From an uncultured Candidatus Saccharibacteria bacterium (GTDB taxonomy: Bacteria > Patescibacteriota > JACMRA01), in contig CAYSWH010000005.1 in NCBI GenBank assembly GCA_964434775.1, positions 2,706-66,705 of the forward strand: a stretch of 64,000 nt of DNA, given 5' to 3'. A model generated the notes under the pieces. That model made no database searches. It was not told where the DNA came from and worked only from the letters and a program-made list of their open reading frames with translations. The number at the start of each line of letters is the position of its first letter. Positions within the stretch are counted from its first letter, which is position 1. Both the position numbers and the translations under genes were made by a program. Of this stretch, positions 52,599 to 60,571 are shown piece after piece.

Positions 52599-53402
52599 TT
52601 AATTATCAACTGTTAGACAAGTGCCAATCTTTTTTCCTCTATTGATTAAAGTCAAGGCTTGATTGTTTTTAAGACCGTTAGTAATATAAATTGATCCTAC
52701 GCCTCCTTGCAAAGCTCTAATACAATTTTCCAGCTTCACCACCATTCCTCCTTGAATAAAATCCTCAGAAAGCATTTTTTTGAGGTCAGATAAACATATT
52801 TTGGTTAATAATTCGCCTTTGCCGTTCAAAACTCCGTCTATACCCGAAAATAAAATTAGTTTATCAGCTTGTAAGGACAAAGCAGTCTCAATAGCCACCG
52901 TATCGGCATTAATATTAAGTATTTCTCCTTCATCATCGCAGCCAAGCGGTGAAACCACAGGAATAATCCGATTTTCAAGTAGCAAATTCAAAATCTGCGG
53001 ATCAGTTTGAACAACGTCACCGACAAATCCGTAATCAATTTCCTTAACCGGCCTTTTGACTGCTTTTAAAAAATGTCCGTCGAGTCCGCTTACTCTAGAC
53101 CCTTTCAAGCCAAAACTAATTAAATCACTTAAAATATCCAGGTTGAGACTGCCACCATAGAGCATCTTGATAATTTCTTGATCTTTCTTGGTAGTAATTC
53201 TTCTGCCATTAATTTTCCTAGGTACATGCCCCATCTGATTAGCTAAAGAGTCAGCCTGAGAACCTCCTCCATGGACTAAAACAACTTTTTTGTTTTCTTT
53301 AACTAATTTAGCAACTTGCCCCAAAATATCACCCAAAGACTCTTTGGAATCCACCACTTCTCCGCCTAATTTAACTACAATTATTTCTTTGTAAGAATTC
53401 AT
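52599..53402 (-). CDS. argB: Acetylglutamate-kinase-family (amino acid kinase) protein
   Basis: IVVKLGGEVV, VLVHGGGSQ and NINADTVA motifs, in arg operon context. Confidence 0.85.
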   Translation of the reverse strand: MNSYKEIIVVKLGGEVVDSKESLGDILGQVAKLVKENKKVVLVHGGGSQADSLANQMGHVPRKINGRRITTKKDQEIIKMLYGGSLNLDILSDLISFGLKGSRVSGLDGHFLKAVKRPVKEIDYGFVGDVVQTDPQILNLLLENRIIPVVSPLGCDDEGEILNINADTVAIETALSLQADKLILFSGIDGVLNGKGELLTKICLSDLKKMLSEDFIQGGMVVKLENCIRALQGGVGSIYITNGLKNNQALTLINRGKKIGTCLTVDN

Positions 53403-53411
53403 AACTGAAAA

Positions 53412-54566
53412 TCAATCAAAAAGAGAAGTAAATATTTGTACAAACATATTAATCTCTTCCTTGGTGGTATTTAAGGGAGGCATTAATCGAACTACTTCAG
53501 GATTATAGGATGTACCAATAATCAAGCCCTTTTCTAAAGCCATATCAACTAAATCTTTTCCGGAAATGCGGGTTTTTACCCCCACCAAAAAGCCTTGACC
53601 TAATGTTTCAAAACCCTTCTCATTCAAAATAGTTCTTAAATAAGTTGAGTTTTCTCTAACTGTTTCCAAAAAACCTCTACTAAGAATTATTTCCATAGTT
53701 GCTTTTCCTGCAGCGCAAACTGCCGGGGCCCCTCCAAAAGTCGTAGCATGATCACCCAATTGAATAGTCTCGGCTAAACTTTCTTTGAGAAGTACAGCCG
53801 CCAGTGGCAAACCTGATGCAATTCCTTTGGCAGATGTGATTATGTCCGGATAAATACCAAGCTGTTCAGAAAACCAGAAAGTGCCTGTACGACCAAGACC
53901 TGTTTGAATCTCATCCAAAATCAGAATAAGACCTTTTTCACGACAGAAGCGACTAAGTTCTTGGTAAAACTCTTTAGAGGCCAGGTTAACTCCACCGATA
54001 CTCTGAATTGATTCACAAATCACTGCCGCCGTTTCTCGTTCCAGATAGGCTCTTTTAACTGATTCGATATCTCCCAATCTGGCGAAAGAAGTGTAATTGT
54101 CAAAATCAGGAGAATATTTCCGGTATGAATCAATACCCGTAGCAGCTAATGGATACATACCTCGACCGTGGAAAGACTTATTAAAAGAAATTATGTGGTT
54201 TTTACCGATAGCTTTTCTGGCAATTTTGAGAGCCGTTTCGTTGGCTTCGGAACCTGAGTTGGTAAAATATACTTTGTATTTTTCCGGTTCCAACGTGACT
54301 GCCAACTTTTCAGCTAATGTTACTGCCGGCTCCAAATCAAAGATATTAGAATAGAAAATCAACTTCTCCATCTGCTCCTTAACCGCTTCTATTACCGGCT
54401 CCGGACTATGACCGAGTAGACAAACGGCATGGCCGCCGTAAAAGTCCAGATATTTACGACCTTTCTCGTCCCATACGAAGCTGCCCTTTCCTTGGACCAG
54501 TTGAATAGGATACTTGGAGTAAGTTTGGAGTAAGTATTTTTTAGATTTTTCTGAAAGTGAGGTCAT
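53412..54566 (-). CDS. argD: Acetylornithine-type class III aminotransferase
   Basis: NSGSEANE, LDEIQTGLGRTG and TSAKGIASG (PLP lysine), in arg operon context. Confidence 0.85.
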   Translation of the reverse strand: MTSLSEKSKKYLLQTYSKYPIQLVQGKGSFVWDEKGRKYLDFYGGHAVCLLGHSPEPVIEAVKEQMEKLIFYSNIFDLEPAVTLAEKLAVTLEPEKYKVYFTNSGSEANETALKIARKAIGKNHIISFNKSFHGRGMYPLAATGIDSYRKYSPDFDNYTSFARLGDIESVKRAYLERETAAVICESIQSIGGVNLASKEFYQELSRFCREKGLILILDEIQTGLGRTGTFWFSEQLGIYPDIITSAKGIASGLPLAAVLLKESLAETIQLGDHATTFGGAPAVCAAGKATMEIILSRGFLETVRENSTYLRTILNEKGFETLGQGFLVGVKTRISGKDLVDMALEKGLIIGTSYNPEVVRLMPPLNTTKEEINMFVQIFTSLFD

Positions 54567-55573
54567 ACAAACAAAGGATAAAGATTATTTATAGCTGTTT
54601 CTTGAGGTAAATCAAACATTAGGTTGAGATTCTCAATAGCATTTCCCGAGGCTCCCTTAATTAGATTATCAATAACTGCCTGTACAACTAATTTTCCGTT
54701 CAGACCGGTTACGGAAATATCCGCAAAATTAGAACCTACAACATCCACTAATTGAACCTGTTCTTTGATCCTTACAAAGGGAGCCTTTTTATAATATTCT
54801 TCATATAAATATTTTAGATCATTTTCCAAGGAATATTTCAACTTGATTATGGCTGTTAAGTGAATTCCTCTGGCAAAAGGACCACTTGAAGGAATAAAGT
54901 TTAATTGAGATTCTTTCAAATCCAAGACTTGTGCAATTTCGGGTATATGCTGGTGCTCTCCGATTTTGTAGCTTTTAAGATTTCTACTCCTAACCGGATG
55001 ATGGGTTGTAGAAGAGGGGCTTTTTCCGGAACCTGTAGAACCGGTGATTGACAGAAGATCTACCTCATCTATCATACCTTGCAAAGGGAGTAAGGCTAAA
55101 TCCGAGGCTATGGCAAAACATCCGGGATTGGCAATATTTTGAGCCAACTTAATTTCTTCTTTGCACTGTTCGGGTAAACCGTAAACGAACTCAGTAAGTA
55201 GCTTGGGACACTCATGAACCTTATGATAGTATTTCCTGTATTCAAAAGGTTTGTTCAAACGAAAATCACCGGAAAGATCTATAATTTTTACCTTATCAAT
55301 TAATTCCGGGACTATCTTTTGAGATTCTTTGTGTGGCAAAGCTAAAATAACCAAATCATTTTCTCTGACAATTTTTTTTACATCAAATTCTTCCAGTAAC
55401 AAGTCACACAAACCTTCCAAATGGGGGTAAATTTCCGAAATCCTTTGTCCCATTTGGGTAAAAGAAACCAGTTGATTAATTCTAACCTGAGGGTGATTCC
55501 TTAAATAGCGCAGAAGCTCCAGACCGGCGTAACCGGTAACTCCCAAAATCGAAACTTTTATTTTTTCAGACAT
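54563..55573 (-). CDS. argC: N-acyl-gamma-glutamyl-phosphate reductase
   Basis: ILGVTGYAGLELLR and the catalytic Cys context IANPGCFA. Confidence 0.9.
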   Translation of the reverse strand: MSEKIKVSILGVTGYAGLELLRYLRNHPQVRINQLVSFTQMGQRISEIYPHLEGLCDLLLEEFDVKKIVRENDLVILALPHKESQKIVPELIDKVKIIDLSGDFRLNKPFEYRKYYHKVHECPKLLTEFVYGLPEQCKEEIKLAQNIANPGCFAIASDLALLPLQGMIDEVDLLSITGSTGSGKSPSSTTHHPVRSRNLKSYKIGEHQHIPEIAQVLDLKESQLNFIPSSGPFARGIHLTAIIKLKYSLENDLKYLYEEYYKKAPFVRIKEQVQLVDVVGSNFADISVTGLNGKLVVQAVIDNLIKGASGNAIENLNLMFDLPQETAINNLYPLFV

Positions 55574-56589
55574 TGATTTAACACATATTTAAAAAGCTCT
55601 TTATTGTAATACATAGCGTTAAAACCGGACAAACCCAAATTCTTACTGATAAAACTCTGACCGACGCTGTTGTCTGTAACCGGCCCTGAAATTGCATTTA
55701 AAGGTAGCCCAATTTCTTCACATACTTCAGCCAGTTTTGCTGCACCCATGGGATCATGAGCACAACCGATATGTGCTGCCGTATTAGCCTGAATCTCTAA
55801 GTCTTCCAAAATTTCCATTACCCCATATTCTCCGTAAACTCCGTCTCCCAATTCAACCACAATAAAATCGGGCCTATCCTTGGAAAGGTAATTGATAGCC
55901 CCTTTGGTAATTTTCACTGCCAATCCATCCTGTTCAACAGTAGAGGTTAAGCCTGCTTCCAAAAAAGAAATTGCTTTTTTGGCTCCATAGTCTTTCATTT
56001 TTTCTACATCCTTAAGAGAGGCTACCCCGGCCATTTTGGTGGCATAAATTTTCATACCGTGCCTAGAAGCATGAGCAATTATTTCAGAGGCGACCGAAGT
56101 TTTACCTACATGCATACAAGTTCCGCTAATAATAATCAAGGGTGAAGGGTTTATCAATTTTTCCGCCGGTGCAAACTCCGCTCGGTCTTTTATATTAACA
56201 GCTTTACCGTCTCTAATTACGACCCCTTGAATCCTTACCGGAAAAGCATGGCCAACCTCGGTTACATTTTCGCTTACGCAAACTCCGGCAACTCCGGCTA
56301 AGTTTAGCACTTGAATAACATCCCCGGCTTCCAATTTTTCCGGAATTTTACCTACAAAACCTTTGAGTGCCCGTCTGTTACCCAGTGCCAGAGCTACAAT
56401 GTCTCCTTTTTTGAGTGTAGAGAAGCGACCGGAAGGTAACTCTAGTTGGTTATACTCCCTCTTTTCTTCTAAAACTTCACCAACTACAACCAACCCTTCT
56501 TGAGCCGAAATTGTTTGACTTATTTCTTCTTCATGCTGAATATTTGCATTTTTGGTAACGGACCCGATTTTATCAATTGAGATCTGCAT
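55558..56589 (-). CDS. Uncharacterised P-loop protein (BioD/DUF1611-like GT....VGKTS loop) embedded in the arg operon
   Basis: 343 aa. The N-terminal half looks beta-rich (GDIVALALGNRRALKGFVGKIPEKLEAGDVIQV). The C-terminal half has IIISGTCMHVGKTSVASEII and FIVVELGDGVYGEYG. I cannot assign a family confidently by eye. Confidence 0.4.
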   Translation of the reverse strand: MQISIDKIGSVTKNANIQHEEEISQTISAQEGLVVVGEVLEEKREYNQLELPSGRFSTLKKGDIVALALGNRRALKGFVGKIPEKLEAGDVIQVLNLAGVAGVCVSENVTEVGHAFPVRIQGVVIRDGKAVNIKDRAEFAPAEKLINPSPLIIISGTCMHVGKTSVASEIIAHASRHGMKIYATKMAGVASLKDVEKMKDYGAKKAISFLEAGLTSTVEQDGLAVKITKGAINYLSKDRPDFIVVELGDGVYGEYGVMEILEDLEIQANTAAHIGCAHDPMGAAKLAEVCEEIGLPLNAISGPVTDNSVGQSFISKNLGLSGFNAMYYNKELFKYVLNQCLKK

Positions 56590-56645
56590 ATTTTTTTAAT
56601 AGTTAAATAAATAAAAAATTATAGTACTTTGAGTCAAGTATTTAA

Positions 56646-57650
56646 TTATTGTAAAAGCTTAGAAATAATAGCAATTTGTGACCACATTCGATTTTCGGCC
56701 CCCTCGATTATTTTTGATTTCGACGACTCAAGAACCTCATCGGTAGCTACTATGTTTCGACGAATCGGCAGGCAGTGCATAAAAATTGCTTCCTTAGTTA
56801 AATCCATTTTTTTTTGATCAATAATCCAGTCGTTAAATTGAAGACGATGTTTTTTCTCCTGCTCCCACTCTCCGAAAAATTCTAAAGAAGCCCAACTTTT
56901 GGCAACCACCACTTCTGCTCCCTGCAAGGCTTCTTCCTGGTTATTAGTAATTGTTAGTTTTCCGTCAAAATTTTGTGTCATTTGCAAAACCGACCTGTCC
57001 AAATTAAATCCGGGAGGGTGAGACAAAGTGACCTCCATTCCAAAAACCAAAGGAGTTAGTAATTGCGAATGAGCGGTAGCTAACGGTAAAGGCTTGGGGT
57101 GAGGTGCCCAAGTCAAAACAAACTTTTTCCCTTTCACTTGGCCCAGATTTTCCGTAATAGTCTGCATATCCGCTATTGATTGGCAAGGGTGAAAAAGGTT
57201 GGACTCCAGATTTATTACGGGTTTGGAAGAATATTTGGCCAATTGATTTAAGGCTTCGTCTTTCTTTAATTCTGACCAAGTGCTTAAAGCAGATCTTTCT
57301 TTATTCATCAAATCACATTTTCTTAGACCTATTAAATCAGAATAGCTTGCAACCACTGGAGCTGCTTCTTTAATATGCTCTTGAGTATTTCCATCCATTG
57401 TTGCACCCTCAGCATACTCAAAATCCCAGGAATCACCTGCATTCAAAACATTTACTTGTCCGCCGGCTTTTTTCATGCCGGACTCAAAGGACAGCCTGGT
57501 TCTTAAAGAAGGGTTGGCAAAAATCAAGGTCAAAATTTTACCGGCAAAATCAGGCAAAGGTCTAATCCCTTTCTTGTAATCTATGGCTAATTTAATTATT
57601 TCTTTTTGCTCTGTGGGAGAAAACTCTTGACCGGTTAAAAAGTGTTTCAT
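56646..57650 (-). CDS. argF': N-acyl-L-ornithine (acetyl- or succinyl-ornithine) carbamoyltransferase
   Basis: NPSLRTR rather than STRTR, plus HPCQS and HCLPIRRN, match the AOTCase/SOTCase subgroup rather than classical OTCase. The protein is ~334 aa. Confidence 0.7.
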   Translation of the reverse strand: MKHFLTGQEFSPTEQKEIIKLAIDYKKGIRPLPDFAGKILTLIFANPSLRTRLSFESGMKKAGGQVNVLNAGDSWDFEYAEGATMDGNTQEHIKEAAPVVASYSDLIGLRKCDLMNKERSALSTWSELKKDEALNQLAKYSSKPVINLESNLFHPCQSIADMQTITENLGQVKGKKFVLTWAPHPKPLPLATAHSQLLTPLVFGMEVTLSHPPGFNLDRSVLQMTQNFDGKLTITNNQEEALQGAEVVVAKSWASLEFFGEWEQEKKHRLQFNDWIIDQKKMDLTKEAIFMHCLPIRRNIVATDEVLESSKSKIIEGAENRMWSQIAIISKLLQ

Positions 57651-57655
57651 AGATC

Positions 57656-58852
57656 TTAAGTTTTAGAACTTTGGTTAATAAAAGAAGTTATGCTCTCAAG
57701 ACCATACAATTTACAAAAACCTTCCGCATCTCGTCCGTCCCAGGCTCCGTTTTTTTCTCCGTATATAGCCCCCTTACCAAATAGGCTGTTTGGACTTTCT
57801 AAGGAAGAAATAGTCAGGTTTCCCCGGTAAATCCTAATCTTGACCTTCCCTGTAACCGGCTTACTAGCCGAATCAAAGAAAGCTTCCAAATTACTAATCA
57901 GCGGATCAAAATAAAGTCCTTCATGAATTAGGTCTCCGTACAAATTACCTAAGTGATTTTTCCAAAAAATTTGCTTGGAGGTTAGTACTAATTTATCCAA
58001 CTCAGAACCTGCTTTAATTAATAGTTTGATTGCCGGCGACTCAAAGGCAACTCGCGCTTTCACTCCAATAATTGTGGTGCCGATATGATAATCCTTCCCA
58101 AAACCGTACTTAGCAGCCAAATAGTTAAGCTTTTTGATAATTTCTACTCCTGAAAAAGATTGCTCATTTAATTTTACGGGTAAACCTTCTTTAAACTCAA
58201 TTTCCACCTCCAGCTGGTCATCAGGCAAATCAGCAGAAGAGCATACGGAAGGAAATATATTTTCCGGAATTTCCTGCTTCGTATCATGGGTTTCCTTTCC
58301 GCCAATGGTAGTGCCTAAAAGACCGATGTTAATTGAATAATCTTTGGTTTCTTCAGAAACCGGAAATCCTTTTTTTCTAAGGTATTCTACTTCTTCAGCC
58401 CTTTGCAAGCCGTGCTCTCTAATCGGAGCAAGAATTCGTGCATGAGGTAAATATGCCTGGATAGCAGTTTCAAACCTGACTTGATCATTACCTGCTCCGG
58501 TAGAACCGTGAACGATTGTCGAAACTTCTTCATTCTGGGCCACTTGGGCAATTTTTTGAGCAATTAAAACTCTCTCCGGACCAACACAAGCAGGGTAAAC
58601 ACCACCTTTAAGATAACCGGCCTTCAAGATATAACTTGCAAACTGTTCGTAAAGATCTTTTTCAGCTTCAATCATGAAGTGCTTGGATGCTCCGTATTGT
58701 TTTGACTTATTTGCAATACCCTTTATCTCTTGAATGGAAAAGCCTCCGGTGTTAACTGAAACGGTTATAACTTCGTATCCTTTGTCGACAAGATAGGGAA
58801 CGCAAAAACCTGTATCAAGGCCTCCCGAAAATGCTAAAATTGCTTTTTTCAT
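57656..58852 (-). CDS. argG: Argininosuccinate synthase
   Basis: AFSGGLDT, GSTGAGNDQVRFE and the overall length of 398 aa. Confidence 0.9.
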   Translation of the reverse strand: MKKAILAFSGGLDTGFCVPYLVDKGYEVITVSVNTGGFSIQEIKGIANKSKQYGASKHFMIEAEKDLYEQFASYILKAGYLKGGVYPACVGPERVLIAQKIAQVAQNEEVSTIVHGSTGAGNDQVRFETAIQAYLPHARILAPIREHGLQRAEEVEYLRKKGFPVSEETKDYSINIGLLGTTIGGKETHDTKQEIPENIFPSVCSSADLPDDQLEVEIEFKEGLPVKLNEQSFSGVEIIKKLNYLAAKYGFGKDYHIGTTIIGVKARVAFESPAIKLLIKAGSELDKLVLTSKQIFWKNHLGNLYGDLIHEGLYFDPLISNLEAFFDSASKPVTGKVKIRIYRGNLTISSLESPNSLFGKGAIYGEKNGAWDGRDAEGFCKLYGLESITSFINQSSKT

Positions 58853-58911
58853 ATCTCAGTTATTGAATAAATGTAAATTTTTAAAGTAGTTGAATCTTTT
58901 TTAAAAAGAAG

Positions 58912-58941
58912 AAAATAAAAAAACTTCCGGTAACTCGGAAG
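58912..58941 (-). terminator. Leader terminator ~60 nt upstream of argG (candidate attenuator)
   Basis: The minus strand reads GCUUCCG-AGUUAC-CGGAAG followed by UUUUUUUAUUUU. It lies in a divergent intergenic region, so it cannot be ending an upstream gene. Confidence 0.55.
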
Positions 58942-58967
58942 CAGATAAGAATAAAATAGTAAACAAA

Positions 58968-59042
58968 CTAACTCGTACGCTTCCGGACTTCAAGTAAGAT
59001 GAAGCGGCGAGAGAGGTTAGAAAAAGATTTAAAGCTAAACAT
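58968..59042 (-). promoter_or_regulatory. Candidate 24-codon leader peptide with four CGN arginine codons
   Basis: ATG TTT AGC TTT AAA TCT TTT TCT AAC CTC TCT CGC CGC TTC ATC TTA CTT GAA GTC CGG AAG CGT ACG AGT TAG translates to MFSFKSFSNLSRRFILLEVRKRTS*. UCCGGAAGC within it can pair with the terminator 5' arm GCUUCCG. Confidence 0.45.
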
Positions 59043-59073
59043 TTCGCTATAAATTAAAATAGGAAAGAATTTA

Positions 59074-59102
59074 ATTTCATCAAAATTTTCCGAATCTGTC
59101 AA
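59074..59102 (-). promoter_or_regulatory. Candidate promoter of the arg leader/operon
   Basis: On the minus strand, TTGACA (59102-59097), a 17-nt spacer, then TGAAAT (59079-59074), ~30 nt upstream of the leader ATG. Confidence 0.4.
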
Positions 59103-59307
59103 CAGAATAACTTACTTTCACGTTGACAATGAGCAAAAAAAGTTTTAACTCTCGCTAAGAAAATTGCTTCTTTTGTAAATAAGTCAAAAAACAAAATGGT
59201 GGGTATTTCTAGAAAAAATAACTTTATTAATTGGTTCTGGCCGATTATTATGTGCACCATCAAAGGGAAGATGCAATTATTTATTGGTGACTTTTATTAA
59301 TCTATCG

Positions 59308-59335
59308 ATCTGGGAAGTATTCCCGGATTTTTTTT
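59308..59335 (+). terminator. Terminator-like hairpin + U8 tract 11 nt upstream of carA (candidate attenuator)
   Basis: ATCTGGGAA-GTA-TTCCCGGAT is a 9-bp stem with one G-U pair, running into TTTTTTTT. A 34-codon ORF (59196-59300) ends 8 nt before the stem. Confidence 0.5.
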
Positions 59336-59346
59336 GAAAAAACGTT

Positions 59347-60552
59347 ATGAAACAAGCTCAATTAATTCTTCAAAATAACCGGATCTTTAGAGGTCAGGGT
59401 TTGGGAACTAGCGGCTACACTTACGGAGAGGTTGTCTTTAACACATCCATGAGCGGTTACAGCGAATCTATCACCGACCCTTCATATGCCGGCCAAATTC
59501 TCACTTTTTCTTACCCTCTTATTGGCAACTACGGTTTTTCTCCCGATTGGGGAGAGTCCAAAATGGTTCATGTCAGCGGGATAGTGGTTTCCCAGCTCTC
59601 CAAGAAGAGTTTTCATAATCAAAAAGAATTGGCTTTGGAAGAAGTTTTGGAAAAATATCAAAAAGGCGGTATCTCAGACATAGATACCAGAGAATTAGTC
59701 AAAATCATCCGTAACACCGGCACCATGCCGGCAGTTCTAATAGTCGGTAAAGAAGGGGAATATCTTCAAGAAGACTTAACTTACGAGCAGGCCTTGGAAA
59801 GAGTACATAATTCAAATGATGTTGGTTTTACTGACTGGGTCAATAGGGTCAGGCCGGAGGAAATTAAAATTTATCAAAGTCAACAACCCGAAAGTGATAA
59901 TTCTGCGGAAACAATAGAAGATATTTGCGAGTACCAACCAAACCCAAGCTTGAAGGACGAAAAACAAACTATTGGTCTAATTGACTGCGGAGCAAAAGAA
60001 AATATCATCCGAGAACTTTGTAAAAGACAATTTCGAGTAGTGGTTTTTCCGGCGGATACAGACTTTGAAATAATGAAAGGATATGATCTAGACGGTTTTG
60101 TTATTTCTAATGGACCGGGCGACCCTAGAGATTATCCATATGTACATAGTACAGTACAAAAAATTCTTCAAAGTGATAAACCGGTACTAGGTATTTGCTT
60201 AGGCCATCAGTTAATAGCACACACTATCGGAGCTGAGATTTTTAAGATGAAGTTCGGAAATCGGGGAATCAATCAACCGGTTGTAAATTTACTGGACGGG
60301 AAGGCCTATCTAACTTCTCAAAATCATAGCTATGCGGTCAAACCGGAGACTTTGCCGGAAGACTGGGAGGTTCTGTTTAAGAATCTAAATGATGATACCG
60401 TAGAAGGATTAAGACACAAAAACAAGTCTATTTTTAGTGTGCAGTTTCATCCGGAAGCCTGCGGCGGACCTAGAGATACCAACTTCCTTTTTGACGATTT
60501 TGCTAAATTAGTTAAGCAGCGTATTTCTACCAAAAAACCTAATTTTTCATAA
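59347..60552 (+). CDS. carA: Carbamoyl-phosphate synthase small (glutaminase) subunit
   Basis: FNTSMSGYSESITDPSY, GICLGHQL and QFHPEA. An ~40-aa linker insert lies between the domains. Confidence 0.9.
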   Translation: MKQAQLILQNNRIFRGQGLGTSGYTYGEVVFNTSMSGYSESITDPSYAGQILTFSYPLIGNYGFSPDWGESKMVHVSGIVVSQLSKKSFHNQKELALEEVLEKYQKGGISDIDTRELVKIIRNTGTMPAVLIVGKEGEYLQEDLTYEQALERVHNSNDVGFTDWVNRVRPEEIKIYQSQQPESDNSAETIEDICEYQPNPSLKDEKQTIGLIDCGAKENIIRELCKRQFRVVVFPADTDFEIMKGYDLDGFVISNGPGDPRDYPYVHSTVQKILQSDKPVLGICLGHQLIAHTIGAEIFKMKFGNRGINQPVVNLLDGKAYLTSQNHSYAVKPETLPEDWEVLFKNLNDDTVEGLRHKNKSIFSVQFHPEACGGPRDTNFLFDDFAKLVKQRISTKKPNFS

Positions 60553-60571
60553 CAAGAATATTTTCCCAAAC

